The notes: generated from the sequence alone by a model not told the origin. Numbered from the stretch's first letter, positions 27,256 through 42,050 are shown. The stretch is 64,000 nt of DNA from Eledone cirrhosa (GCA_964016885.1 OZ024740.1:89094001-89158000), one strand, 5' to 3'. Program-made: numbers and translations.

Positions 27256-28928
27256 CACTGGTCAACAATCTTTTAAAGTTCGTGTGCTTCTTAAATTCGA
27301 TTATTTAATTTTGATGCATGTTCATGTTCTGAATCCAAATATCACCTTGATAAATGCTTATTAGCATAGGCTTAAATATAAACGCCATGTAATATTTGAT
27401 TATTTTATTATAATGTACAATATGTGTCATTATATTTTAAGCTCTAGCCTGTACCTACTCTATGACTTTTTGCTTGAGACTTATAATGGGCTGAAAATTC
27501 ACCTCTTCTTATGTCCAGCAATAGCCTGCAAGCACTGTTGTTCTCTATTTACCCGGGTACTGATTTTCCATGGTTGAAATATATTGGTGAAACCTATCAC
27601 CATGTTTGTCACTATCAGCCCCACAGTTCACTAAAAAAAGCCTAAATCGGATTCCAAAAAGTGAATTTTAAGTAACATGTTACATGCAATGTACTTGTAA
27701 GCCTTGATGAGCTTTTCCATCAATTCTTCGTAGTTTGCTTCCTTTCTGTTTCCTAGAAATCCCTTCGCCACTAACTTGAATGCTTCCCAAGCAGCTTTCT
27801 CCTCCCCATGAATGGCTGATTTAAAGTCACCATCTTTAAGAAGCATCGCTTAATAAGGGGAATTTTTATGTTAAAAAATCGAATCACTGACTGGATTTGT
27901 CCATAGCTTTTACGAAGATTTTCATGAGCCCCAGTTTTGTTTAGTGGTGGTAGCAAAATTCTGTTTGGTTCAGTGAGAGGTGGATGTTAGAGTTTTTCCA
28001 TCCAAGGCTGAAATGAGGTGGCTAGTCTCTCCTGATATTGTGGGAACCTCTTGCAAGGCTGACCCATTCAAACAGAAAGCAGCTGTACTTGGTGTATCCG
28101 CCCTGCAATCCCATCACATGAGCAAAAACCTTTAATTCACTACAGAGCTTCCATTGATGTTCATCATAGTTTATGCATTTCAACATATGCTCTATATTCT
28201 CATAAGTTTGTTTCATATGTGATGCTTAGCTCACAGAAACTGTTGGTTCACTATTGCCGTTATACAGGAAGACACATTTCAGAATCTATGAACAGCCCCC
28301 ACTGATTGGCTTTTATTCAATATTAAGTGCTTCCATCTGACGATTAATATTGTTGCAGGCCAACAAATCCCTTGCCATTATATAGAAATTGCTGAACTGC
28401 TGCTGACAGTCACGGAATTTTGAAATCTTCACATCAGCTTCTAGGAGATTCCAGTTTAAGATGAGATTTTAACATCTCAGCCTTATTCTTAGATAGTTGT
28501 AGATCACTGACAAGATGATGAAGTTCCCCTTGTGATAGGAGATATGGTATAGAAGAGTGTGCTTCATCAAATTATATCTTTCAGTAGGGAACTAAAATTA
28601 ATATAAAATGCGTCATATGCATATCAATACGTTGTTCAATGAATATTTATTATAAGTTTTAATAGTGTTTGACTGGGAAAATTACCTCCCTTAGCCCTCA
28701 ATATATGAACCTGCACTGCACAACCGCCTCCTATGACTGTTGGAATAATACTGAAGGGCAGTGGGACTGTGAATTTGGTATGAAACACACAACCGTAAGT
28801 TTGTTGGAACCTGTTGTGACACGTACGTGGTATGTTGAAATGTTAACCGTGATATTCACTATCAGTGACCTGAAATTAGTTGGAAATTGCTATTGTGATC
28901 TCAGAAGCATTTTGGTTGTTGACCAGTG
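27256..28928 (-). mobile_element. Chapaev3-like (CMC) DNA transposon, decayed
   Basis: TIRs CACTGGTCAACAA / TTGTTGACCAGTG with a TTA target duplication on both sides; transposase fragments GLQGGYTKYSCFL, FLGNRKEANY, KIHFLES, HGDRFHQ. Confidence 0.8.
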
Positions 28929-29313
28929 TTACAAGAAGGTGTCTGGTTGTAAGTATTTTCTTCATTCAGACACATGTAAGGTCATATCAATTGAAGCCAG
29001 AAACGTTTAATACGTCATGCACAAGCGAAAACAATATTTAGATAATAACAAAAGTGAGAATTATATACATAAACATAGCTCCATCTTTATTTAAAGAGAA
29101 ATGTGCGAAATAGACTTCTTTTCTCCACAACTGTTCTATGTGGTGCTTACCCATTTAAACAATATGTTAAACTAAATAAGACTGGAATATAAAATCCATC
29201 GGTATACACTATAATGTATTATATATTCGGAATCTCCAGCTTAGGCTGCAGTTCATAAATCACTAACAACCATAGTACACATATTGGTAAGAACTATAAT
29301 ATATATATATATT

Positions 29314-29346
<33 letters not shown>

Positions 29347-29348
29347 TT

Positions 29349-29379
<31 letters not shown>

Positions 29380-29597
29380 TATTTCTTTATTTACCATGAA
29401 GGCATAAAAAGAAGGGACAAATACAAAGGGGGGAGTTTACATACAATCGAGTAAAAAGGGTATAACATGAAAATAATCGAAAATAACCTCAAAAGGGAGG
29501 GGACGTGATGGGGGTTGCACACCCCCCCGAAAAAGTGTGCAATCCTTTGCCTGGGGAGCACATGGAGAAGGTGCTCCCCTCTCCTTTACTTCTTTAC

Positions 29598-32500
29598 CTA
29601 CAGGATGGTATACAGAGAAGGCCCATTTACACGAGCCATTCTCGCCACTATCACCCACCTTTCATAAAACTGCCTGTGGCCAAGCACCTCTCTCTCCATT
29701 CTTATCCTTCTTTCGAAGTGATATCGGAAGAAGTAGACCAGACTCTGGCCAGAGAGGAAGTTGCCTGACCTCAGACCTTTCAATCGTGTCCACCAAACAA
29801 CCTCTTTCAACATGGCTATTACGCACAGAAAAACCGCTTTTGCTTCCTTTGTGAAGAGGGGAGGCGGCTTGATTGTCATCACGGACTCGACGGTCAATTG
29901 AATCGGCGCCACCCGCGACAGCAGTCGTTCGGCGTAGCCCCACATATCAGCCACGCCCGGACATTGCCCCAATGCGTGCGCAACGGTTTCTTCGTGACGC
30001 ACGCATCTAGGGCAAATCCTTTTTGAGGGATCCCTGCCCGGGCGCCCGTGTCTGTAGAGCCTCTCTCGAACGGGTAGAGCCCCTCGGTAGCACTGCCAGG
30101 CCAGTGACTTCTGGAAGTTGTCCATTGGTCCTGGGCCGAAAGTCCTACCGAACAGGCTGGCGAGTTCGTCTTCCTCCATGTCTAGCGACTCTCCAATGGT
30201 GTCATCGCCCCTGCTAGCCACCAGCCCTCTATAGAATGATGAGGTGGATTCTCCACCGATGGCCTGGCCCGCTTGCCAGAGAGCCCTGAGCGCCTGAGCA
30301 CACTCAGTGTGCCAGTCTCCCAGTTTTCCGGATCTTTGCTTGACCCAGGACTGTAGCTCGGTGAGCGAGACGAGTCTCGGAAAGGCTCGTTTCACGAACG
30401 GAGCCCACACCGGTTGACCAGTGAGGAAAACCTGTAGGTGCCGTAGCCTTAATGCGTGCCTACGCATCATCAACCACGGCATCCCCAGCCCTCCTTTCGA
30501 AGGTTGTTGGCAGCAGATGGATCTTCTCACTATAGGAGGGCGCTTCTTCCAAAGAAATTGGAAGAGCATGTGTTCCATGGTGGTGAGTGTTTCCTTAGGG
30601 CAAGGCACGACAGTCAGGCGGTAGTAAGTGACGGACGCTATGTAAATGTTCGCCACCTCCGCCCGGCCTTTGAGGGACAGCTTACATTTGGCCCATTTCT
30701 GAGTTAGTGCAAACACCTTGTTCGTAACCTAGTTCCAGTTCTTTTCCACCTGGAGGTCCGGTCCAAACCAGACCCCAAGCAACTTTACCGGGCCCTCCGT
30801 CCAGTGTCCGACGACACCGTCGGGAGGCATCGGTCTGCCTCTCCACGTTCCGAGTTGCAGCCCGATGGATTTTTCCCGGTTCAGTTTCGCTCCTGACAAC
30901 CTTTCGTAATCCTCCAGTAAGGTACCGATCGCCTCGATCTCCGAGTCGGTCGATACCATTACTGTTACGTCATCGGCGTAGGCCGACACCGCTCGGCTCA
31001 ATCCTGGTTCCAGGGGGATACCCTGCAACAACTCCAACTTCCTCAGTAAAGGCTCGAGAGTCAATACGTACAGAAGGGAGGAGAGAGGGCACCCCTGTCG
31101 AATGGATCGTGTGATTTCGAACGGCTTCGAAAGGTAGCCGTTCACCTTGATCCTATAACAGATGTGGTTGCGATGTAAGGCAGTGATCCAGCCTCTGATA
31201 ACAGGACCGAACCCAGCCGCCGCTAGCACCGCATCCAGGTAACCATGGTCGACCCTATCGAAGGCCTTAGACTGATCCAAGTTGATCAGGGCCCCACCGA
31301 AGCCGGGTTTGTTGCTAACCCTCTCTATGATGTATCGCATGAGGTGGAGGTTATCGTGAATGGACCTGGATGGGATAGCACATGTCTGCGCATCTCCCAC
31401 CAGGCCACCCACGACAAGCGCCAACCTCTTTGCTAACACCTTGGCCAAAATCTTTAACTCTGTGTTTAGCAGGGTTATGGGCGGAAAATTATTTATACTA
31501 TCTCCCTTGTTCTCGTCCTTCCTCACCAGCGTGACTACGCCCTTGGCTACAGAACAAGGAATTCTCCCGTTCTGCTGCCAATTGCAGTAGACCGCTTCGA
31601 GGAGTTCGGAGAAGAAGACCGGCATTGCTAAATAAAGTTCGTAAGGTATACCATCGAGACCTGGACATTTGCGTCTGCTGCATTGGCTCAGCGCATCTCC
31701 GATCTCATCAGCCGAGATTGGTCTCTCGCAGGACTCTGCCTCTTCACCCGAGAGACGCGGCAGGCCGTCGAGGTATGGACCGAAATCCACGCCCCCGCCC
31801 GGACCCTCGCCTCCCCCGAACAATCGGGAAAAGTGCCTTTGAAAGGCCTCGCACATCTGCTTAGGCTCCCGGATCACCCGTCCATCTTCATCTTGCAACG
31901 ACCGGATGGTGGATCGATTTCCACTCTTAGCTTCTGTCACGCGGGCCCAGCCAACGGCCTTGGCCCCCTCATTACCTAGAGCACGTATTTTACTTCGAAT
32001 GACGCAGCCTTCGTGCTTTGCATCGAAAAACTGGTTCAAGGCCGTCCTCGATGCCAGCACTCTGGCCACATCTTCGCTCTTGATTGCCTCTTCTAATTTA
32101 CCTGTTAATTCTTTCTCGTTTCTATTCCTATCGGCAGCTAACATCTTGCTATAACTTATTGATTCTGTTTTAATCTCTCTTTTGAGAGATGCCCACCATC
32201 GGTTGTTGACGATTGCACCCGTCAACCTCTCCTTAACTAATCTGCTAATCCGGTTTCTGTAAGTCTCTTTTTCCGGTAAAGACAAATTAAGTTTCCAGTA
32301 ACCGGGACCCTGTTGATGTGTTTTCTCGAGATTGACTACGCAGGTCACTAATTTGTGATCCGTGTAGCCAACCGTGCGCATTTCTGGACAGCTTAATATG
32401 TCCCTATCCTTACTTCTAACTAAGAATCTATCTAAGTACGATCTAGATTGACCACTGTGGTTTCTCCAAGTCCAGGTAGGCACAGTTGGAAAATCTAGTC

Positions 32501-33035
32501 GATATCTATCGACCAAGTTAAAACGGTCGAGTAACTCCTTGAGGCTGTTACACCCCCCTCTATTAGGACATGCTCCTGCATAGTCCCAACGTGCATCTAG
32601 GATGTCATTCCAATCCTCCGCTAGAAGCAGGGAACGCGACGTTCCCAGAAAAGTCTCTAAACGCTGGAAGAAGTCGGGCCGTTCAGCTCCGAAAGGGGAG
32701 TAGACGGCGACCAGTCTTAAGGCCGCACCTTCACTACTACCAACGTCTAGCACCAACAAACGAACCTCCGGGTCCGAGTGCACAGCCTGTACGGCAAGAC
32801 CCAGGTGTTTTTGCAGCAGTACGACAACCCCACCCCCACCTCCAGGTTGACAGAGAGATGCATGCACCTCAAAGTCATCGAAGGTAGGGGCCAGCTGCCG
32901 CACGACGCTGATCCGAGTCCCACAGATAATCATTACATTTATACCACATGACCTGAGGTCATTTAGAAGCTTTGCTTGCTTCCAAGTTGAGCCCAGGCCA
33001 CGTGAATTTAAACATCCTACTCTTAACACATCCAT
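29598..33035 (-). pseudogene. ORF2: APE endonuclease, RT and zinc finger, with one in-frame stop at 30729
   Basis: NSRGL, SYLDRFLV, TDHKLV, PGLDG, DQSKAFDRV, IRQGCPLS, YADD, CPRC...ETVAHALGQC. Confidence 0.95.
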
Positions 33036-35055
33036 GTGGGCTGCAGAGCCAAAGGAGAGTGTAGAGACCTACCTTTCCGCTTCCCGGGGTTCGGGTCGCA
33101 CGACTTCCATGGGTCGGGGGTGTTGGGTGAAGGGGTGTCTTGTGGTGGTGTGGGGTCGTCAGCGTGTGGTGGGGTTGGGGTGTTTGGAGTTGTGTTGGGG
33201 AGGGGAAGGGGAGGGGAAAGCTTTTTAGTAGGACGCGGTTTATGGGTTTGACAGAGGGTGGTCCTACGTCCTCCTTAAAATCCTTTTTTAGTTTTTGGTA
33301 GAGGTTCATTGGGATCTTTATTAATTTTAAATGTGGGTAGTTTTCTGAAGAAACAAAGTTTACTCCTTCGGTTTGTACCGAAGGATTATTGTTTATGAGT
33401 TCATTTAACTTATTATTGTTTCTGTTGATGTAAGTATAGTGTAATGTCTTTTTTTCGGATGGTGTGAGTGTTTCGAAGAGGGGAGGGGAAGGTTTGGTTT
33501 TGTTTGTTGCTGGAGGGGTGTTTTCTGTTTTGTTGGATTGGGTTGCGATTTGGGTGGGGGTTGTTTGGCCTTGTGTGTTTTGCACATGTTTTCTTTTTTT
33601 CCTTTTAATCTGTCTGAAGGACTCCGTTTCTTCCTCCGAATTCGTTGGGTTATCTTCAGTGTTGGAGGGAAGAGGTATGTTTGCTGGTAATGTTTCCGTG
33701 TTGGTTTTCTTTGTGGGGGAGATGGATGTCACTATGTTAGACTGTGTTGTGTGTTGTGTCTGCGGTGGTTGTGTTGTTTTATTGAGTGAGGGGTTGGGTG
33801 GGCCTGTATTTTGTTTTGGGGTAATGTGTTGTGACTGTTTGTGTTGTGGTGGTGGTGTAGTTTTACTGAGGGACGAGTTGGGTGGGACTGAGTTTTGTTG
33901 TTTGTTTATCTGTTGTGGTGGTGGAGCTGGTGTTGGTAGCAGGGTTTTATTTTTGTTGAGTTGGGGACAAGCAGCCTTCAGGTGTCCTCTGCCTGCACAG
34001 ATATGACAGGACGGCCTTCTCCCCCCCCCCCACGCTAATGTTTATATACCCGTGGCCCTCTAATAGGATTCTGTCGGGTATTTGGGCGATGCGTTCAGGC
34101 TTCATTTGCACTACCAGCTCTATTCCTATTCCACTGAACGCATTGCCTGTGGTTTTCCCAATGGAAATCACGTTGTCATTCACTGGATCGATGAAGCCAG
34201 CTATGAGCCAGCAGTAGTCCACATCTGGCATCATTGCATTCAGCCATATGCGTTGAGTTCTTTTACCCATATAAGATCGATAAAAGGTAAAATTTTTCGA
34301 ACGAATCGGTGACAAAGCACATTTTTTTGCCGCCGATTCGTTCTTCATGATAATTGCTAGGCTTCCATACAGTCTGTCTTTTCTTATGAAAGTGGTTTCA
34401 TTAAGTACTTCTGTGAGTACTGTTTTGATATCTGCTTGAGAAGGCTGTTCAGGTTTTTTTGAAGTGTTGTTAATGGTGCGGAACACGACCGTTCGACTTT
34501 CAATGTCTTTGGTGAGTTCTTGAGGCATTTTTACCGATAAAATACCATTCTCTCCTTCACTTATGTATTGTTTGGCGTCTGTGATTCTTCGTGCCACATC
34601 TGAAATATTTTCGGCTACATATGTCAAAGATTTCTTTGTTGTTTGTGCAAATGAAATCTTGACTCTGTCGTCTGCTTTGCTTTCTGTTATGGTGTTATTT
34701 TCAAATGTTATTTTTGTGTTTGTTGTGTCTTTGTTTGTGGTGTTAGTATTGTCATGCAATTTTTCAAATTTTTTTTTTCGTTGTTGGAATCCATGTCCAG
34801 ATTTGTGTTTTCATCATTTATTTTCTCCGCAGATTCGTCTGTTTTTATTTTAATTTTTCCTTCCTTCTCTATGACGTTAGTTGGGAAGGAAAGGGGGACT
34901 AAAGCGTGCGAGCTTACAACTCTTACCGCTGTCCCCCCACCACTATTTTCGTTCTCTTCGTTTAACATTTCTGTCAGCCGATTGAACTTTTTTGCCACAA
35001 AATTTTTAAAAATAGGTTTTTCACCTCTAGGAGGGGTAAAGATGAGCTGACCCAC
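32959..35055 (-). pseudogene. ORF1 (frameshifted) with CCHC zinc knuckle
   Basis: ORFs 34708-35055, 33947-34759 and 32959-33732; after the C-run at ~34025 the alternate frame reads CHICAGRGHLKAAC. Confidence 0.8.
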
Positions 35056-35399
35056 CGCCTGACAGTTCAGACGGGGGGGGGGGGGTCAAGCTACACAATA
35101 GTATCAAAATTAAATTTGAACTCACAAAATTTCCGCAATAAATTTGAACAAAACTTCTGCGCGAAGTGAATTACATCCACACTGTAGAACAGACGACAGC
35201 TAGATTGATAGATAGATAGACAGATAGATAGATAGACGGATAGATAGATACGTAGATATACATATATATAGATAGATGTGAAAATCTGATCAGAAATGTT
35301 TGCCAAATCAGCCTGGCAGAGAATAATAATATCAGGTTTGATACTGAAACAAAAATAAGAGAATTAGACTAAACACAGTCTCTGAAATATTTCAGAATC

Positions 35400-36500
35400 A
35401 ATGAATTAGAGACAAATCAAACAAAAACGGAACGTTTAAGAGGAAATATTGTAGACGCGTTCGAGTAATATTGAGAGAAGCTCTGAATACAAAATATATT
35501 AAATGATAGACATTCATATTTTAGCTGGACCAGCAATAACTTATTTTGATAATATTCTCAACTGTACACTACAATAATTAGCAAGACTAGACTGAATAAA
35601 AAAAAATAGAAATCTAAATACCTTCAAAAAACACCATCGATAATCTGATAAAGAAATATTATATTTTCCACAATTGCAGGTATGTAGACGCCTTATGCAA
35701 CAGAAAACTATTAAAGAAATATCCTCTTAAGGAATACAAACTTATCGAGTAAAGTATTCTGGAAAATTAATGCGAATACAAAGCATGAAATGTAAGGAAA
35801 TGAGAGAACAACATTGGTTAAAATGGCTGGCGGCTGTTAGTAGGAAAACCAAAACAACACACGATAAAAGCTAAATAAGGTAAAATCATGGCTACAGAAT
35901 AATCTACATAAGTAATGTCAAAACATACCTCTCCATAGCCAATATCTAATAGAAGTAAAAGTGGCTTTAAATACATATACATTAGGTAGACATGAGAGTG
36001 GAGTACCTTTGATTGCGGAACATTATTAATGCCTTTCCACCAGAAGTTCCAAAACGCAGATGCTAAAACTGACAAATTTATAAAACTACAGAACACATGA
36101 ACATTTGGAAGGAAACATTAACCATACTGTTGCTGGCTGACCAGTTTTAGTCAATGAATAAAAACTCTATAACCATGTCAGAATTGGTGCTTTGTATAAG
36201 TAGACAAGACACGGATGTTAGGAAATACCTACATAGATCCGGAAATTTAACCATACATGGGAAAAATAACTCAGATAATACCGACTTACCATTACTTAAT
36301 ATAAGCCAATTCACAGAGATACTGAGATTAAGATTATGGGCTCGCTATTGTTATCAAGATACGGGTTTACTAAACCCAGCTAACTGTCAAAAGGGAATAG
36401 TAGGATTAATAAAACAGGCAGTAGCTAACAAATTGAAAATAATCACTACCTTGTGGAAACAGAGCATTAAATGCACTTTAGGAAACAATAAATTGGTAAG
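35400..36500 (+). mobile_element. Heavily decayed non-LTR retrotransposon, possibly R4/Dong-like
   Basis: Remnant peptides RRVRVILREALN...ILAGPAITY and EILRLRLWA...CTLGN resemble the R4 RT thumb and REL region. Confidence 0.4.
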
Positions 36501-37559
36501 TGGTAACTAACTGCACAAGCAACAAGTATTTAAATGAAACAGCGAGAAAAGCGACAAAAATACACACCAACGAAAAAACAAACAAAACAAAATAAATGGC
36601 AATTCTAAAATACACGAAAGAAAATGTATGAAGAGGAATAGAAGAAACATTCCATTTCTTCTACTCCACAGGACACGAAAAAGAAAACTTAAGCAAAAAT
36701 GAATAAAAATTATAACTCAAAATGTTTGAACTACATTCATTAACATTGTTCGATTTTCAACACTGCATGTCCAGAAATAAAATAATCAACAATGCCCTCA
36801 GAACAAAGCTAACAATTTTTGCCTGCCCTGGCTTTTAAGTCACAATGTTTTTAACAGCACGTTTTAGCCGGCTTTTATGTTCACCTCGACTAGAACAAAA
36901 AGTGAAATAGGCGCATAACGATGACCTGAACACAAACTATACCAAACCACACAGACATCTTTATCTGGGAATGGCATTACAATGTTTATCTCCTGATAAA
37001 AATCATGTGTCATTACTGAAAGATAACCGAGAAACAGCAGGTGAAACTATTAATGTACAGTAAAAAAATAATTACCGTCACTAGAGTCATGTTAAAAACG
37101 AAAATGAACATGAAATACCCCATACAATTTATATCAGGACGAATGTTAAAGGTAATTTAACGAAACTAATTTTGCCAGTCACAGCCTACATACTACGCGA
37201 GACGCAATATGCAATAGAATAAAATATACACCGAGCACATGCTACACGGAATTTCTACCAAACAGTACAACACTACTAGCAAGCCCCTAACTCTATAAAC
37301 AAACGAACGAAACACAGAAGACAAGTAAAAAATTCATAACCAATAATATGCCTATAAAACAAACATTTGTCATCCCAACAGGACACTTCAACATGCAGGT
37401 GTGACTGTTGATGTAGCAGAGACTCACACAAAACTCTTGGCATCGTGATAGCCTCGAGGACGAAGAAGGAAGAGATTATAAAGACAAATTGCAAAGTTAA
37501 AACAACAAACAAAAATGTCAGTGTTTACGTAGAAGCGATTAGAATGTAATTGTTTCTGA

Positions 37560-37680
37560 ATTAAGCACAAGGTCAGCAATTTCAAGGGACGAGGGCAGTC
37601 GATTAAATCGACACCGGTGCGATACTGGTACTTTATTTTATCAATCCCGTAAGGATGAAAGGCACAGTTAATCTCAATAA
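37560..37680 (-). mobile_element. SINE copy (core only)
   Basis: CTGGTACTTTATTTTATC...GGATGAAAGGC. Confidence 0.7.
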
Positions 37681-37899
37681 TAATTGCTATTATTGGATAC
37701 ATTGGATACATTGGATACATTGGATACAATTCAATGAAAGAAAAGCCCAGCTTGGGTTTTACAGCGAGTGAAATGATAATATCTCTGAAATGAAAACAGT
37801 GGGAATAACCATACTAGATATTGTATTAAATATAAGAAAATAATAGCAATCAATATTAACAACGAGTTCTAATATTGGGTGAAATGCTTGTTAGTGTAA

Positions 37900-39500
37900 T
37901 TCCAGATAGAACTTCACACTGTTGCCTTGTGTGCATTCAAAATGCCCCCTTCCAGTATACTTTCTCTTCCTGGGGAAAGCATACTCATTGTAGGCCCATT
38001 CAGCCTCATCAAATTCGTCACTCTCATTCATCTGTCATAAATCACAATAGAAGGCTGTCCCTCCTCCTTTACATTCAACTTCCTTCTCAAGTGGATATTG
38101 AAGAAGTTGATGAGGCTTTGTCGGTTAGGTAGATTCCTCTTCTCAATCATTTTAGGCTAAACCTCTGTACAGCATCTAACACCATAGTTACCGGAGAGAG
38201 GACGGCTTAGCGTACCACCTTCTGAAAAATGTGGAGATTCAATTTCCACTATAGTCTCGGCATTTGGCTGGATCTGTACTCGATGCAATAGCAATTGTTC
38301 GACACAAGCCCACAACTGCAATACACGGGAACTAATCATTAGCATGTATGTCGTCTTTCACACTGTGTCCGTCTTGGATAGGTTCGATTATTGCTACCCC
38401 CGTTTCTGCAGAGCTCGTCTCGAAAATGTATGGACTCATGCTTCCCCCTGACAATATTTGAAAGTTGTCCTGACTGTTCAGCAAAAAAAAATCAATTTTT
38501 GACTTTCTTCGTCAATATCCAGAGCCGCTCCAAGGTTATCATTGATCATACCTTCCATGAAACTTCTGTAGAACGCATCTTTGTATTCTGTATACCGAAT
38601 GAATTGTCCAGTTGATAAATATCTGTTAGCGCCTGTCTGCATTGGATTGACGGGCTGCGAAAAGCATGTCATACGAAAGGCACCCACACTGGTTGGGCTT
38701 CGTTTTCGTTTTCATCGTAGCGTATATCTGAGTATCAATAGTGATGGCTTCAGGTTGCCATAATAGAGTGCATGTTAGTAGCAGTTGGTTTGTCTGAGCA
38801 GTAGAACGTGCCCCGTCTATAAAATGTGGAAGAGCACAGGCTCCAGTCTGGTCTGGTATTTCTTGCGGCATGGTACCATTGATGAAATGTAGGTGTTTGT
38901 CAGCTCTCACCGACCTTTGAGAAGCACTCTTCCCTTTGCCCATTTCTGATTGTGAGTGTCTACATGGTTCGTGACCTCAATCCAGTGCGTCTCTACCTGA
39001 AGGTCTGCATACGAAAATATGTTATAAGTATTTTAACGGGCTCTCATTCCAGTAATCCAGTAGTATAGAGAACTGCTTGGCGCCATGGGGTTGCCTCTCC
39101 TCATACCTATTATTTAATCCAATCAATTATCTCGGTTAATGCAAGCTCCAAGGACCTGCTGTAATTCTTACAGTATTGTTCCGACTGTTTCTATATCGGA
39201 AGCTTCCGACATTACGACAGAATAGTCATCTGCAGACACGGCTCTCATGCGACAACGTACAAGACGATTTCCTCCCGATATTTCCATTTTTTTAAAGCAG
39301 AGAATCCAAAGTCAACACATATGGGGATACGGAAACTCTTCCGAACTGTTAATTTATACCGGACACATAGTGCCGTAGAATGTAGCGATCCAACTCCTGA
39401 AAACGGGACCTAGCTGCCTTGGATCAACTACCAGATAATGATTTTCGACTCTTTCAAACGGTTTACAATGACCTCAATTAAACTGTTTTCAGCCTATGTT
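37900..39500 (-). mobile_element. Decayed LTR-retrotransposon (Gypsy-like) pol remnant
   Basis: Higher-GC, coding-like block with weak integrase-like remnants; no intact motif. Confidence 0.35.
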
Positions 39501-40729
39501 AGAAGAGAACATCGACACCAGACTTAACTAGGCATTATATTATCAAATTAGTAAGTAGGGAAAGCAAGTCAGGCTTGTTACTCAGAACAGAGGCAATGTG
39601 GAAAAACCAGCATAACACATTTATATAACGATTTCGCAAATAAATAACCGTAGTAATAATAATTGCTTATATATTTGGCAGAAATGTAGGATGAAATGAA
39701 AGGATGAAATTCAAAGCTAACGTTGGCTAGATTTGAACTCATAACAAAAACAGCCGTAACTATATGCCTCAATGCACCTTATCTGCTGCTCTTCCGATAT
39801 TGCGATTTTCGAACGCAAGAATTCAAAACAACGAAATATTACATTTACTAGACACTCGGTGAAGATTGAATTATATTACCATTTCACTCATAATAAAGTT
39901 TTATTTTATGTTTATTATATTTTAAAATTAATATTACTAATTAAAGTACTAACAAGCTTCATTAATATAACTATAATTTCAACTATAAAATCTTATATAC
40001 TACAATAAGTTAAACAACAGCAACAACTGATATGATGTTATAGAAAATGTTTTTTTCTTTTCCAATGTATTCTAAATAGAATCATTTAAGCGATGTATTT
40101 TTTCTTAGTGAATTGCGTTGGAAATTGTTTCTTATGTCTGCTATTGTTGTTGTAGATTTCTTATCTATATGCGGAACACTGAACTTACGAAAGTAAAGGC
40201 TATAAAATAACATATTTCTCACGCATTCCGGTGAATTCCATTCCATCGATATTATGTTTGCTATTTTTATAGTCATTTTAGCTACTACATGTGCTTTCGA
40301 TTTCATTTGTTGGCAATCAGGCTCAATTTCGTCTGTATATTGTCCTCAAACTGCTTCTTTTACGAGATATTTTAGTGCCATCGTAATCCTCAAGCGCATT
40401 GAGCAGCTACATGAACTGGAAAATTTATATTCTATGTATTTTATTGATTTCCAAGATACTTCAAGAAAATTATTTCTTATTTTTCATTTATTTTTACTTT
40501 ATATGTGCTGAATGCTGCCGAGCGCTTCTAAGTGATCATGTAGGCACATAGTAAAAAAGAACAAAATATATTTTAGTATCATTTTCAATGCATATGTATT
40601 AGATATCGGAATCAACATCTTTATATCACGTTCTTTTATTTTACTCTCTCGAGATTTATGTGTGGAATTTCCGTATTTTCATAATTTGCACATTACCTCA
40701 CTCTCAATCTCTGCCTCATATTGCACACA

Positions 40730-42050
40730 CTGGAGGCGTTGATGGGCATCCAGCACTAACTAGCATGTATGGGATCTGTGTCTGCAAATGCTAACGATGT
40801 AACCGTAGGGATATCGAGCTCCAAACTCATTGAAATGTTCACCTCTGCTCCCAGGAAATAAGAAGTAGTGACAGAAGAGAAAATTAACCAGGAAAAGTCG
40901 GTGGGTGGCTGCAGCTCGAAACATTGATAGTCAAGCGCATGCCAAATTGTAGGCACATCAGGAACACGACGGACGAACCGGTTAAATCTCTCGGGGTCTG
41001 GCTTGGGTCAGACACACAGATGGACAAAAACTGTTATGAGATAATAGACATGTGACATGAGGGCTCTAACATTGAAAGGTCTGGCAGAGGTGGCGGGCTT
41101 TTTGTAGTCAAACCTTCTGTTAGAGGAGTCGGCATGCACTGACTGATGTGAACATGTGCTGAGGCTGCAGTATCTCCAGATTTAACTCGATGGTGAATGA
41201 ATGTGGTAAACGTTTATTAAATTCGTATTTCCACAGCTAGTGTCCTTGACAGAGATGCAGTCATAGATCTAGCGGAAACCGCGAGGGAGTGCTGAGAAAG
41301 TGAAATGTCTTCACACGCTCAGTCCTCTGTCAATCTAACAGTATGATCAGGGAAATCTCGCACCTCGCGTTCTATAGAGGGTTTATGGTGGCTAGAAATG
41401 ACGAAGGTCTTGGGGGAAACTCTCGGCCTCGAGGAAAATAAATGCAACTGTTTGGAAGAGTTTCAGACCGTAGCTCATGGATAACTTCCAGAATTCCTAG
41501 GCTGACAGTGCAAATGGCAAACCCTTCCAGACGGAATGTACATTCAACAGGCATGGAAATGCCATCAGCATGGAAATGCCATTTTTCCTGATGCATGCAT
41601 GCAATGAAATCTTTCAGTCCACACTCGTTATGTCCGAATATTGCTGACTTGGTCTTACGTGTATGACGGTTCTATTTAGAAGCTAATTGCCATCAATCGG
41701 AAATCGCAAACCACAGCCTTCCTTTAGCTAGAAAGGACAAGCTGTTTTTATCATGGTGAAAGTGGTTGTGTGGGGAACGCGTTTGAAACGATAGAAAACA
41801 AACACTTTTTCTTCGGTGACGCCCTGAATAAATTTTCATGTTTCATTGAAGATGAAAATCATGGTTGCACGGGAAATGCTGTCTATTTGTAGTTTATGGA
41901 AGGGTGACTCAGAGTGGCGAGCATGTCTCGAGTAAATGAACCTCCTATATATGGGCCAGTAGATGGGAGCTGGAGAAATGGGAGGTGCCATAGTTAACAG
42001 AGTGATCGTGCTTTTAATAGACTTTTCCTCATGACTGATCATACGAAGTA
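40730..42050 (-). mobile_element. Decayed Gypsy-like pol (RNase H/integrase) remnant
   Basis: Broken ORFs 41372-41596 and 40756-40956 with remnants resembling TDHKPL and YHP...VER. Confidence 0.45.

Larger units (their letters stand above)
29380..35200 (-). mobile_element. Near full-length L1/Tx1-clade LINE flanked by (GATA)n
   Basis: ORF1 plus ORF2; the 3' end AATAAAGAAA abuts (TAGA)n at 29349-29378; the 5' end abuts (GATA)n at ~35205. Confidence 0.88.

Noticed and set aside
37690-37728. (ATTGGATAC)x4 and other short local duplications (e.g. ~4728, ~25131)
   Set aside because: Ordinary slippage products
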